Origin: Gemmatimonadales bacterium | GTDB taxonomy: Bacteria > Gemmatimonadota > Gemmatimonadetes > Gemmatimonadales > GWC2-71-9 | Assembly: GCA_037189525.1 (NCBI GenBank) | Contig: JBBCJC010000005.1 | Location: 672,001 to 736,000 of the forward strand | Reading direction: 5' to 3' | DNA: 64,000 nucleotides | Shown: positions 51,735 through 61,612 of the stretch, one piece after another | Layout: each line of letters starts with the position of its first letter | How positions within the stretch are numbered: position 1 is the first letter of the stretch | Translations under genes and position numbers: made by a program | Notes under the pieces: model-generated | What the model saw: the letters and a program-made list of their open reading frames with translations, nothing else | Told to the model about the DNA's origin: nothing | Databases searched by the model: none

Positions 51735-53354
51735 ATGTCTCACCTCACCAAGGTCGCCGTGCTCGCGGCCGTGGCCACCGGGGCGGCAGCGCCCCTCGCT
51801 GCTCAGACCGCAGCCCTGCTCGATTCGACCTTTCGGGAATGGAACAGCACCACCGGACCGGGGTGCACCGTCGGCGTCGATTTCAACGGGCAGCGCACCA
51901 CCCGCGCGTATGGTATGGCCAATCTCGAGTACGGGATTGCGCTCCGGCCCAATTCCATCGTCGAGTCCGGATCGGTGGCCAAACAGTTCGCCACTGCGGC
52001 GGCCGCCCTGCTCCATATTCGCGGCCGGCTGAACCTCGACGACGATATCCGTAAGTACCTGCCGGAGCTCAAGGACTTTGGCACACCTATCACGATCCGG
52101 CAGCTCTTCAGCCACACCAGCGGGCTGCGCGACCAGTGGGCGCTGCTAGGCCTTCAGGGCATCGGACCGGGTCAGGCGGTCCACACCCTGCCCTGGATCC
52201 TCGATCTGGCATCACACCAGGAGGATCTCAACTTCACCCCTGGCAGCCATCACCTCTACAGCAACATGGGGTACGTCCTGGCCGCCATCATCATGGAGCG
52301 GGTCCTGGGCGAACCCTTTGCCCGGTTTTCCGAGCGGGAGTTCTTCGTGCCGCTCGGAATGACGCGGACCCAGTGGCGTGACGACTACCGAAGGATCGTT
52401 ACAGATCGGGCCACGGCCTACGCGCGCGAAGGGAACGCCTGGGTGCAGGACATGCCGTTCACCATGGTGCACGGCAATGGCGGCCTCCTCTCCACGGTGG
52501 ACGACATGCTTCGCTGGAACGAAGCGCTGACCAAGGGCACCATCCCCGGTGGCGCCGAGTTGGTTCGGCTGCTCGAAACGCCCCCGACCCTGACCGACGG
52601 TACCACGATTCGCTACGCGCTCGGCTTGAGCGTCGACGATTTCCGGGGCACCCGAATGGTGAGCCATGGCGGCGCCACCGCCGGCTATCGTACCTATCTG
52701 GCCCGCTGGCCGGATCGTCAGCTGTCGATTGCAGTCCTGTGTAATGCCGCTCAAGCCAATCCGACGGCATACACCACGCAGATCGCCAGCCGGCTCCTGA
52801 ACGTCCCTGCCGGGCGCGAGGCCCCGTCGGCGCCGGTTGCCATCAGCCGCGCCGAGTTGGAACCATTGGTGGGAGTCTATCGGGATTCGACCAATGATCA
52901 GATCGTCCGTGTGACGATGTCGGGCGATCAGCTGACGGCTGCTCCTGGCGGCCTGCTGGTGCATCTGGGCGATCGGCGCTTCTGGAACGCCAACGCGGGC
53001 GAGTTGCGGTTCATTGCCTCGGGGTCGACCTGGAAGCTCGAACGGCCGCAAGACGGGTGGGGCCACTTCTCGCGTGACGAGGCGCCGCCTACGGTCCGCT
53101 CCAGCGACTATGTGGGTCGGTACCGGAGCCCGGAGCTCGAGGTCACGTATGAGGTCGTCTCGGATTCAGCCGGGGGACTCACGCTCAAGGTCCGACGTGC
53201 GGGCAACCTACCGCTCCGTCCCGCCTACACGGATGGCTTTGCGGCGGGTGGAGGACGAACCATTCGTTTCACCCGGGATCGCCGCGGTACAGTCACCGGC
53301 TTCCGCGTATTTGCCGGCCGAGCACTCGGCGTTCAATTCGCCATCATCCAATAA
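51735..53354 (+). CDS. Serine hydrolase (beta-lactamase class C-like), secreted
   Basis: 'GSVAKQF', 'YSNMGY', 'SHGGATAGY'; paralogue of 46796-48448. Confidence 0.9.
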   Translation: MSHLTKVAVLAAVATGAAAPLAAQTAALLDSTFREWNSTTGPGCTVGVDFNGQRTTRAYGMANLEYGIALRPNSIVESGSVAKQFATAAAALLHIRGRLNLDDDIRKYLPELKDFGTPITIRQLFSHTSGLRDQWALLGLQGIGPGQAVHTLPWILDLASHQEDLNFTPGSHHLYSNMGYVLAAIIMERVLGEPFARFSEREFFVPLGMTRTQWRDDYRRIVTDRATAYAREGNAWVQDMPFTMVHGNGGLLSTVDDMLRWNEALTKGTIPGGAELVRLLETPPTLTDGTTIRYALGLSVDDFRGTRMVSHGGATAGYRTYLARWPDRQLSIAVLCNAAQANPTAYTTQIASRLLNVPAGREAPSAPVAISRAELEPLVGVYRDSTNDQIVRVTMSGDQLTAAPGGLLVHLGDRRFWNANAGELRFIASGSTWKLERPQDGWGHFSRDEAPPTVRSSDYVGRYRSPELEVTYEVVSDSAGGLTLKVRRAGNLPLRPAYTDGFAAGGGRTIRFTRDRRGTVTGFRVFAGRALGVQFAIIQ

Positions 53355-53363
53355 AGAAACGTT

Positions 53364-53389
53364 AGGCCCCTCGGGAAAGCGAGGGGCCT
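53364..53389. terminator. Hairpin at the junction with the low-GC island
   Basis: AGGCCCCTCG-ggaaag-CGAGGGGCCT. Confidence 0.65.
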
Positions 53390-53427
53390 CATGAAAGGTT
53401 AGCTCCAGCAGCGGGAAAGGGACTCTG

Positions 53428-54111
53428 TCACCTGAGCAGACGCTCTACATGAGTGCCAAGAGGGTTCTCTAAAATGCGCCGAGCGAGTATCCCGGACATC
53501 CTAGCGGCCGCGAAACTTACACCACTATAGACCTGCTGACCTCCGCCCAAGGATCTAGCCAACAATTGGTGTCCTTTACACGACAACTCAATATCGTCTT
53601 CCGGTGAATAGACGAAATTTTCCGTTTGGCTTGGGCCTGCAAGACGGACCCCAAACACGTTGTCAAAATACGCGGGATAACACTCATTACCACCTCCCCC
53701 AGCGGCAGCGATCAATATTACCCCGGCACTCCTTGCCATTGAACACGCCCGGTACAAGTGACCAATAGCCACTTGCGACGTCGACCCAAGACTGAGATTA
53801 ATTATGTCTGCTCCATACCGTACCGCATAGTCGATTGCCTCAGCAACCACGACCATCGATGTTCTGAGTTTGCGGCCGAACACCTTAAGTGGAACAATCG
53901 TTGTATGGGGACACTCGCGGAGGATGATGTCAATACAGGCAGTTCCATGTCCATGGAAATCAGGCGCACCCAGTTGAACACGAGCCAGCCGTCTCCCATA
54001 CTCATCAACAAACGACGCACCAGGCAAGACACCGGGCTCACTGACGTAAGGATCCCAGCCGCTATCAACCACTGCGATCAACACTTTCCCCTGAGCGCCT
54101 GGGAAAGTCAT
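53428..54111 (-). CDS. Minimal S8 subtilisin-like peptidase (candidate leader peptidase)
   Basis: 'IAVVDSG' (Asp), 'HGHGTAC' (His), 'INLSLG', 'SGVSFAAA' (Ser); no signal peptide or prodomain. Confidence 0.85.
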   Translation of the reverse strand: MTFPGAQGKVLIAVVDSGWDPYVSEPGVLPGASFVDEYGRRLARVQLGAPDFHGHGTACIDIILRECPHTTIVPLKVFGRKLRTSMVVVAEAIDYAVRYGADIINLSLGSTSQVAIGHLYRACSMARSAGVILIAAAGGGGNECYPAYFDNVFGVRLAGPSQTENFVYSPEDDIELSCKGHQLLARSLGGGQQVYSGVSFAAARMSGILARRILENPLGTHVERLLR

Positions 54112-55308
54112 TCAACCAGCCTTGTCCGCCGCGTCCAAGGACAGGGCTGGCCGAGCCACATACCTCCGGACGCGGCGTGCGATAATTGCTCCTATACGCC
54201 CTGACTCCGTAACAACATTCGCACGAACGGACAAGCCGTTCCGAAGCCAATCTAACGAATCTGCTACGCGGTCTACATCGACCTCAACACGAAACACCCC
54301 AGCCTCCGCGACCCGGTATTGAGCAGTTGTACGATCCGCTGGCTGAAATCCAACGTAGCGAACGTGCCCGTCCAACCTTAGATTCGCCCCTCCCCGATTA
54401 GGAAGAACATCGATACGAACACGAGCACCGAGTGGAATCTCCGCGATATCCCGCTCCTTGAAGAACGCGGTTACCGACCATTTCCCACTCTCGCCAATCT
54501 GCGCAATAGCTTCACCTTCAGCAACAACTCGGCCTACCGCGTGCCTAAGTCCGTCGGAAAGAATAACTCCGTCAACTGGCGCAACAACCAGACTCCTGCG
54601 GAGCGAGGACTCGACTAGACGTCTACGCGCACGAGCCGCATCAACCGCAGACAATCCGCGAGATATCCGAAGGCTATCTGCCCTTAACGCAACCAGCGAT
54701 GCCCTAGCTGCCGAAATAGCGGCCAATGCAGCACGTAAATCTGCAACTGCAATATCCAACGCAACATGCTGGCCCTCCGAATACGTTGCCAGAACCGAGT
54801 CGACATCAGCAACGACGTTATGGTCCGTTAGGACAGACCTTAACCGAGCACGATGGGCAACGGCTATTGCCTCCGCACGAGCGACTTCGAATTCCTGACG
54901 ACTGATCTCTTGGGGGATCGACAGTCGCACGCCATCTAGCGACAATCCCGCATCGCGCAAGTCTGCATCAGCAAGAGAGCCTTCGAGCAACAGCATTTCA
55001 CTATCTAGTGAGAACAATGAATCCCCGGCTTCCACTACCTCGCCGCCATCGGCATACACCGCCACGATACGCCCGCTTCTCTGAGCCCGAACATCAACCA
55101 CCTGATGGTGCTCGATAAAACCTGATCCTGCTGACACTAAGTCGATCGGCAACAAAAAAAGGCACGCCGCAATCGCCAAAAACGAAATCACAATCCAACG
55201 GCGAATTGCCCGTACGATTCGCTCCACCATACGGACGACAGGCCCATTGAGGGTGATTTCCTGACCTACCCCCCTCTCGCCATCTCGGATCAATCGGCCT
55301 GAAGACAT
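54112..55308 (-). CDS. HlyD-family secretion adaptor
   Basis: N-terminal TM, 'SGRIVAVYA..GEVVEAGD.L', coiled coil, 'VVAPVDGVI', 'LRNGLS'. Confidence 0.85.
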   Translation of the reverse strand: MSSGRLIRDGERGVGQEITLNGPVVRMVERIVRAIRRWIVISFLAIAACLFLLPIDLVSAGSGFIEHHQVVDVRAQRSGRIVAVYADGGEVVEAGDSLFSLDSEMLLLEGSLADADLRDAGLSLDGVRLSIPQEISRQEFEVARAEAIAVAHRARLRSVLTDHNVVADVDSVLATYSEGQHVALDIAVADLRAALAAISAARASLVALRADSLRISRGLSAVDAARARRRLVESSLRRSLVVAPVDGVILSDGLRHAVGRVVAEGEAIAQIGESGKWSVTAFFKERDIAEIPLGARVRIDVLPNRGGANLRLDGHVRYVGFQPADRTTAQYRVAEAGVFRVEVDVDRVADSLDWLRNGLSVRANVVTESGRIGAIIARRVRRYVARPALSLDAADKAG

Positions 55309-55310
55309 AA

Positions 55311-57023
55311 CTATGATCCGTTCTCGACCAGGTTCGCGGCAATCCTGCGACGCGGGTCGCGGGTCTCTGACGTCCCTTCAAACGTGTATACTCTGTCAGC
55401 AAACTGAGCTATTGGAATCCGATGGGTAACCATGACAACGGTGGTTCCACTCAACCAACTTCTCATTCGCGACAACACCTCAGCCTCTGTCTTTGTGTCA
55501 AGCTGCGACGTCGGCTCATCGAGAAGCACAAGAGGCGCTCGTCGCGCCAAGGTCCGGGCTAACGCAATACGCTGCCTTTCTCCACCAGACAATGCCACAC
55601 CTCCCTCTCCGACGCGCGTATTCAAACCGTTTGGAAGGCGTTGACAGAGGTCATGAAGCCCACAGACTTCAACAACGTCAGAAACAACATTTCTCGAGAT
55701 TGGAAAGGGCGCGAAAGTGATGTTGTCCACAATCGACCCCCGAATGAGCCCATACTCCTGCCACATAACAGCGATTGAATGGCGCCAATCTGTCAGATCC
55801 ATATCGTTAAGCGACATTCCATCCACATAGACGCCCCCTGACCCCGCCTCAGCAAACCTTGCAGCAAGCCGAATGAGCGTCGTCTTGCCTACTCCAGTCG
55901 TACCCATGACGACGGAAACAGTACCGGATGGAAACGCCAAATCAGGGAATACCAATACCGACTCCGGTGACTCCAATACCACTTCAACACCCGAAAAAGA
56001 TAGACTCGGAGCCGTTGAGCGCGCCGGACGACCTCGCTCAACTCGTCGAACGTCTTCAGGCACGCTGTCGATGTATTCAAATACCCGAGATGCAGCAACC
56101 GCCGTATGCTGAAGGTTCTGAACCAATCCGACCCACTGTCCGACAGGACCTACAAGAAGCCCGAGATATGCGGAGAACGACAGAAACTCCCCCAACGAGA
56201 TTACATCAGCAAGAATCATGTTCCATGCTACCCACGACAAGTACAGCATTGAGACAGCCCGAATAAGGCCATGAGCAAAGCCAAACCCGGCACCAAGTGC
56301 AGACGCACTTACGGAAGTCGATGCAGTAGCAGTATGTAACGCAATCGATTCCTTCACCAATGCCGCCTCAACACCGAGCGCCTTCGTAGTAGCTACTTGG
56401 GCAAGAACGCTTACCTGATGAGATGTCAACTCGGCCGAGGCTTCGATCGCTCGTCGATGCGCCGCGCGAAGTACCCGTGCAGACGCAATCGTCAAAGCAA
56501 CAGTGGCGACAACAGACACGAACGCGATTGACGCGAGGCGCCCGTCAATTGCGAAGAGCAATGGCGGAATAATGAGGAGAAACGGCGTTGTTCCAACGAT
56601 TGTATCTAACACGCCAACCAGGGAGCCGAGGGAAGCACGAACATCCCCGAACCGACTCGCAATCTGCCCTACTTGATTACCATCGTGAAATCGAATCGGC
56701 AGATCATGAACGTGAGCGAGGAGCCGTGCCCCAATCTCCGCGTTCAATCGCGCCATCAGCACGGCACTGAGATAAGATCGAACAAACGTCACTAGGGATG
56801 CAAACATTGTGACAACAAATGACGCCGCAAGCACAACAGCAAGCAGCCCAGTACTCCCAGCTGGGTACACGCTATCCACTAGAAGTTTTGTGAAGTAGGG
56901 TGCCGGCAGCGCCAAAAGCGATATCGATACGGTCAGACCAGCAACCCGTGCCATCGCACGCCAATGGCTCTTGGCCAACCGCGCAAGCCTAAACAATAGC
57001 CCGAGCGGAGAACTAGCATCCAT
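55311..57023 (-). CDS. ABC exporter (TMD + NBD), no C39 peptidase domain
   Basis: 'GTTGVGKTT', 'LSGGERQRIALAR', 'LLDEPTSQLD', 'VTHR'; N-terminal TM domain. Confidence 0.93.
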   Translation of the reverse strand: MDASSPLGLLFRLARLAKSHWRAMARVAGLTVSISLLALPAPYFTKLLVDSVYPAGSTGLLAVVLAASFVVTMFASLVTFVRSYLSAVLMARLNAEIGARLLAHVHDLPIRFHDGNQVGQIASRFGDVRASLGSLVGVLDTIVGTTPFLLIIPPLLFAIDGRLASIAFVSVVATVALTIASARVLRAAHRRAIEASAELTSHQVSVLAQVATTKALGVEAALVKESIALHTATASTSVSASALGAGFGFAHGLIRAVSMLYLSWVAWNMILADVISLGEFLSFSAYLGLLVGPVGQWVGLVQNLQHTAVAASRVFEYIDSVPEDVRRVERGRPARSTAPSLSFSGVEVVLESPESVLVFPDLAFPSGTVSVVMGTTGVGKTTLIRLAARFAEAGSGGVYVDGMSLNDMDLTDWRHSIAVMWQEYGLIRGSIVDNITFAPFPISRNVVSDVVEVCGLHDLCQRLPNGLNTRVGEGGVALSGGERQRIALARTLARRAPLVLLDEPTSQLDTKTEAEVLSRMRSWLSGTTVVMVTHRIPIAQFADRVYTFEGTSETRDPRRRIAANLVENGS

Positions 57024-57144
57024 GATGTATCATATGTGTACGTAGCGTATGCCAAGGCGATCGGCTAGGAAGAGTATCCCCAGGGGGGTGTAAGCCAGAC
57101 TCGATCCACAGCGGCAGGAGGTTAGTCACTAACCGCGGCATCGG

Positions 57145-58005
57145 CTAGGCATCCCGAAGACGAACGTCGGCTCCCACCTCGGACAACATAAAAGCACAGA
57201 AAGCCTCATCTGCAACTGTCAGCCCAATCCGATTGCTGGTCATATGAAGCAGCGACGCGGCCGTCCAATCACACACTTTCTCAGCTTGTACCCCTCCCAG
57301 TAGTTCTGTGAGCCCAAGCCGGTATTGCTCGCAGGAAGTTCTATAAGAATCGAGCGCGTCCGACATTGACTGATTCGCAATCAGGCAGTCTGTAGTCGCG
57401 CCAACGATCTCCTCTATCCGACCGCGCTGCTCTGGAAAGCTAGCTTCAAAACGACTGCGAAGTTGTGCAGCCCGCTCTGAAAGCGCACGCCCCCCGAGAC
57501 AACCCTCAAAGTATCGTTGAAAGAAAGCCTTACGCCCCTTCTGCAGTGCGTAAGCAATTACCAGCATTGCAAGCAACCCCTGACCAATCACGTTTGCTCT
57601 GGTTCGCTCGGGCCGTTCCAAGTATATGCAAGCGAACCGAGTCGATGCCACAAAATGCCGCTCAGCAAACTCCAGTGCCGCTACCCCCCCGTAACGCACC
57701 ACTTCAGGCTCATAAGCAACCCACGAAGGCTGCGGTGCAGCCGCGTTCGGTGCCACACTTGCGCGAACTCTGCCGACCTGCAACAATAGCTGCTCGATAT
57801 CCCGTCGGCTAGTTTCCTGTTCGACCATACAAAAACGATATCGAACATGGGGGCCAGTTTCATCGAAATATCTAACAAAAAACCAGTGCGCCGTCGCCAT
57901 GGTCGACAAGGCAAGTGCATTAGCTACGGCCGCGACTTGACCATCCACATCGGTCCCATATATGTCCCGTGAACAGGGCAAATGTATACTCAGCCATTGT
58001 TGCAT
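57145..58005 (-). CDS. Stand-alone lanthipeptide dehydratase elimination domain (Lant_dehydr_C)
   Basis: 'WFFVRY...GPHVRYR', 'YEPEVVRYGG', 'SLLHMTSNRIG'; ATG lies 1 nt after the lanB stop. Confidence 0.88.
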   Translation of the reverse strand: MQQWLSIHLPCSRDIYGTDVDGQVAAVANALALSTMATAHWFFVRYFDETGPHVRYRFCMVEQETSRRDIEQLLLQVGRVRASVAPNAAAPQPSWVAYEPEVVRYGGVAALEFAERHFVASTRFACIYLERPERTRANVIGQGLLAMLVIAYALQKGRKAFFQRYFEGCLGGRALSERAAQLRSRFEASFPEQRGRIEEIVGATTDCLIANQSMSDALDSYRTSCEQYRLGLTELLGGVQAEKVCDWTAASLLHMTSNRIGLTVADEAFCAFMLSEVGADVRLRDA

Positions 58006-58006
58006 C

Positions 58007-60775
58007 TTACCCCAACGTAGTTCGGACCGGCAGCGGAGACCCCGGAATAGTAAGGTGCACCACCAACTCAGTCGCCAAATGCCCTTCCGCACACTCAGCG
58101 GACTCCTCGCACCTTGGCCAACGCTCTTCAACGTGCAACACACTAATCCCTGCGGATGCAATCATCCGACAGAACAGACGGACAAACAGGGGATTCACAA
58201 AGTCAATGTACTGGGGTTTCCAGCGCTCGGCCCATGCTGCGGCCTGTCGACGTGCTTCATAATCGTCACCGCGACCAGGGGCTTCAGCCTCTTCTTTTGG
58301 CGTGGTAGCTTCGCCCTTGTCCACCTTCGGCATCGGCCTAATCCTAACAAAGCAGTCAAGCGGCAGACTTGAGTCCACTAGCCACCGATGAAATCGCTCA
58401 AAGAACTCCGCATTACCTTCGCCCGATCTCTGAGCTGGAACGATCGACGAGGAAAACATCCACACCTGTCTCGATAGAACAAGGGCACCATCAAACGTAA
58501 AACGCGGCCGATGCACGATGCCGTCAGGCACCGGAGCAGCGACCGAGACTTCGTTGGGGATTGGAACTGAAACCGTGGACGCTGGTACGAACCGCGCCAA
58601 CAGCTGGTAGAGCGGCGGCTGCCGCTGAATATTCAGAAACCCAAGATCCACCGGAACAACGCGACGACCAGTTGCCTTGTGGCGGAGTATTAAAGAGTTC
58701 TGATCTACTGGATGCCGCCACACCTCGAGGTCATGACACTGAACGCTTCCCTCCGAACACGAGGTCTCTGTCGAGGGATGGAGAATTTCGTAAGGCAAAA
58801 CCTTCTCCCGCAGATTGCCATTAAAGAAAGCCCCTCCCGATATCTCAGCATAGATGGTATCATCGTCATCGTCTTCGATAAAAGCATCACCGACGAGACG
58901 ACGACGGATCTTTTCCTCAAAAAGGTATAGAAAACGTGAGTAGTACTTTCCGAACCCGACAACAAGTCGTCCATCTTGTACGATCGCCTGAGCCGGAAGT
59001 CCTTCTGGCTGAACAAGCTGAACGAATGCTCCGAGAGACACCCTGTCTTGCGGTCTCTCCATAACTGCCCCGCCTTGGTTCAGCGCGGCGACTAACTCGT
59101 TCGTCGTTATGTCAGCCGCTTCGCACCCGTTCGCGCCGACCCACTTATCTACAAATAGCTTCCGGAGGTTATCCCTCGCAGCAGCTGTCGCCATCGTATA
59201 ATCACGCATCGAAGTAGTATGTGCATCGGGACGCTGTCGCTGAGGCCCCGATGCCTTATCACCACGAAGCCTCTCCAATCGTGGCTTCATTACCTCACGC
59301 GCATAGTCCTCGTAGTAAGTGAGCAAGGGTACAGGAGTAGCTCCTTGGTAGTAGAAATCATAGAACGACCTCATACTCGCCTGCTCATCACGTGGCCATC
59401 CTGTTGTAAGTAGCAGAGTAGCGAAACGCCTGAGTGTCCCCTGCCATGAGCGCTCGGGATCCTGATCTACCACGCGCGCACTGGCAGCGGCTGTAGCATC
59501 CTCGAAGAAAAGCTCCGGGAGCCCCTGGAGAGGTGCTTTTAGCGCTGCAAGGACGTCCGCCACTAGGCTGCGAACTCTACCGGCTAAAAGCTGACGGTCG
59601 GTGCCATTCGCCACCTCCATCGCCCGGTGTAGCTCCATCTGACTCCGAATAAACGTAGCAACAATACCTCCAGCCGGAGTTCCACTTGCCTCCGCCCAAC
59701 GAAGAGTTCGCACATCCCAATCAGACGACGTAGTGCGCGCAATCGGACGGAACCGAATCAACCCAACTCCGATCAGCTTTCTTACGTAGGCATCTGCCTC
59801 TTCGACTGACGCATCGATGGATTTACAATCTGATATATCGCGGACCACTTGATCGTAGGTCCTCTCAGCTGTTGCCGACAGCACTCTTAACACCTCGTCA
59901 AGAGCAGCATTCGGTGCCACTCGTTGGAAGACTTCGCGTCCGCCAATATCAGCCAAGAAGACTGGGCCGTTACCGGACATCTGAAGGGTTGGATTGAGCT
60001 CAACCGTAAGCCCACCAAAGATGGTGGGCGTTGTAGTCATCATTGACCACAGCACACCCAGCAAAGCCGCATTCGGACGAACCTGTGACTGCAATTCATG
60101 TGGCGTTCCGCACAATCGTAGGCGCATATCGCCGTCATCAGCAGCAGATAGAACTGATCCTGGTACTACGACACACAAGCGACCAAAGGGAGTCGCCTTC
60201 ATTCCCATGCGTGAGACATACTTCAGAAGCCCTTGCTCCGTCTTCTCATCACGGCGTTTTGGCCTGTCAGGCTCGTAACGAAGGATAGCTTCCATTAAAG
60301 ACTGACTTGTCAAGGCAACAGTCGCAAGCAGGTTCTTGTCCCGAGCAAGAACGCTGAGCTTAGCTCGGACTTCCTTCATAGAATCTGGAAATGACGACAC
60401 CATCTGCGCGTAAAGTCGGTCACGGTCTTTCAGTCGACCCAGATAGGTGTTGACCAGATCCCTTGTATCACTTGGCAACTCCCCAAGGATGAGCTGCAGG
60501 CCACCATCGGGTGGCTGAATACGCTTAAATAGCTGACGGCGTACGTTAATCATATTCCGACGAGCCGACGCGATCGAACTAGCCCCGACGGCTTTGTGGA
60601 TACCGTCTGAAACCGCCTGAGCAGTACCCTTCAACTGTAGCTCGATCGCGCGAATGCCTTCCAAGGTACTGACGAGCGACGAGGCTCGTAGTCGCTCAAC
60701 AGCCTCAATCGTCAGCGCACCGGCCCGGCATATGTAGGTAGAGGAGATCATATCGAAATTCTCAAACATAGACAT
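58007..60775 (-). CDS. lanB: Lanthipeptide dehydratase glutamylation domain (LanB N-terminal part)
   Basis: 'LLKYVSRMGMKATPFG', 'LNPTL', 'SRFLYLF', 'NGNLR', 'PRFTFDGALVLSRQVW', 'KPQYIDF'. Confidence 0.9.
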   Translation of the reverse strand: MSMFENFDMISSTYICRAGALTIEAVERLRASSLVSTLEGIRAIELQLKGTAQAVSDGIHKAVGASSIASARRNMINVRRQLFKRIQPPDGGLQLILGELPSDTRDLVNTYLGRLKDRDRLYAQMVSSFPDSMKEVRAKLSVLARDKNLLATVALTSQSLMEAILRYEPDRPKRRDEKTEQGLLKYVSRMGMKATPFGRLCVVVPGSVLSAADDGDMRLRLCGTPHELQSQVRPNAALLGVLWSMMTTTPTIFGGLTVELNPTLQMSGNGPVFLADIGGREVFQRVAPNAALDEVLRVLSATAERTYDQVVRDISDCKSIDASVEEADAYVRKLIGVGLIRFRPIARTTSSDWDVRTLRWAEASGTPAGGIVATFIRSQMELHRAMEVANGTDRQLLAGRVRSLVADVLAALKAPLQGLPELFFEDATAAASARVVDQDPERSWQGTLRRFATLLLTTGWPRDEQASMRSFYDFYYQGATPVPLLTYYEDYAREVMKPRLERLRGDKASGPQRQRPDAHTTSMRDYTMATAAARDNLRKLFVDKWVGANGCEAADITTNELVAALNQGGAVMERPQDRVSLGAFVQLVQPEGLPAQAIVQDGRLVVGFGKYYSRFLYLFEEKIRRRLVGDAFIEDDDDDTIYAEISGGAFFNGNLREKVLPYEILHPSTETSCSEGSVQCHDLEVWRHPVDQNSLILRHKATGRRVVPVDLGFLNIQRQPPLYQLLARFVPASTVSVPIPNEVSVAAPVPDGIVHRPRFTFDGALVLSRQVWMFSSSIVPAQRSGEGNAEFFERFHRWLVDSSLPLDCFVRIRPMPKVDKGEATTPKEEAEAPGRGDDYEARRQAAAWAERWKPQYIDFVNPLFVRLFCRMIASAGISVLHVEERWPRCEESAECAEGHLATELVVHLTIPGSPLPVRTTLG

Positions 60776-61270
60776 TTCACGAAGTCGACCGAGCCTTGTA
60801 ACGAGCGTAGCTGTAGGAGCACTGAACTCGCCTAGTCTACCTGAACGTGCCCGATCTACAACGAATCGACAGACTCATGGGAATCAATGCCATCACCTGA
60901 AGCACCATTCGCGGTTTCACCTTGATGGACGGTTCAAGTTACTGGGCCCAATACAGCACATACAGAGCGGCCTGCAATATCTCTATGATTTGCATCACCG
61001 CCCACCTCACGCCACCGGCTGCATAAAACCACCCTTCGATCCCACCAGCGGTGGGCGTCACCACTCCTTTACCGGTGGCAACCTTGGATCGCAATGGCTT
61101 TGCCGAATTTTAGGTAGCTCGCCTCGCGGAAACATTAGATCAAGAACGATGTCGCAGTCCATTGCCGACAAGTATCGCGAGAGGTCGCTACGACCATAAG
61201 AACACCACGCATCAAGACCTGCTGAAGCCAGGCGAGGCGCAGCAGACAATCCGCCTATGAGGCTAAGGAA

Positions 61271-61612
61271 CTAGCACGGGGATATGTCGCTACAACCGCA
61301 ACTACATTGCGTAAACTCGCCTGCACCGACGGTGGTTTGGCACCCACAAGCCGTAGTACACGATATTTCCGTACAAAAGTGCCCTTGACTACACCGCCAA
61401 TCCATACTCTCGGTGCCCGTCCCAGTACACGGATTGCACGTATTCATTCCACAGCTGTTCGTTCCGCAGGTGTCGCCACATGTACCGCAGGTCTGAAGAC
61501 AGGTGCTGCCGACGTGCGACGCACCGCTGTAACCCTCTACCGTTAAATCAGCAGGCGACGTATCGAATGACTCGACTTCGAGGTCATCCAGGTTCAGCTT
61601 GAGCTTTGCCAT
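61271..61612 (-). CDS. lanA: Lanthipeptide precursor with pinensin-type leader and very Cys/Ser/Thr-rich core
   Basis: Leader 'MAKLKLNLDDLEVESFDT...TVEG'; the following 86 aa contain 16 Cys, 15 Thr and 10 Ser; lies between lanB and lanC. Confidence 0.9.
   Translation of the reverse strand: MAKLKLNLDDLEVESFDTSPADLTVEGYSGASHVGSTCLQTCGTCGDTCGTNSCGMNTCNPCTGTGTESMDWRCSQGHFCTEISCTTACGCQTTVGAGEFTQCSCGCSDISPC

Noticed and set aside
61076..61140. Minus-strand GGCAAAGCC...GGTTGCC resembling a c-di-GMP-I riboswitch
   Set aside because: The GNRA-capped P2 stem and second GCAAA element are missing; treated as chance unless Rfam says otherwise.
61058..61249. 63-aa ORF after lanA as a second precursor or immunity gene
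   Set aside because: TTG start without a clear SD, no leader similarity, and no TM or recognisable motif.
57145..61612. Thiopeptide interpretation of the split LanB and Cys/Ser/Thr-rich precursor
   Set aside because: No YcaO, azole dehydrogenase or pyridine synthase in view, whereas a LanC with intact Zn-ligand motifs is present. Genes beyond 64 kb are unseen.
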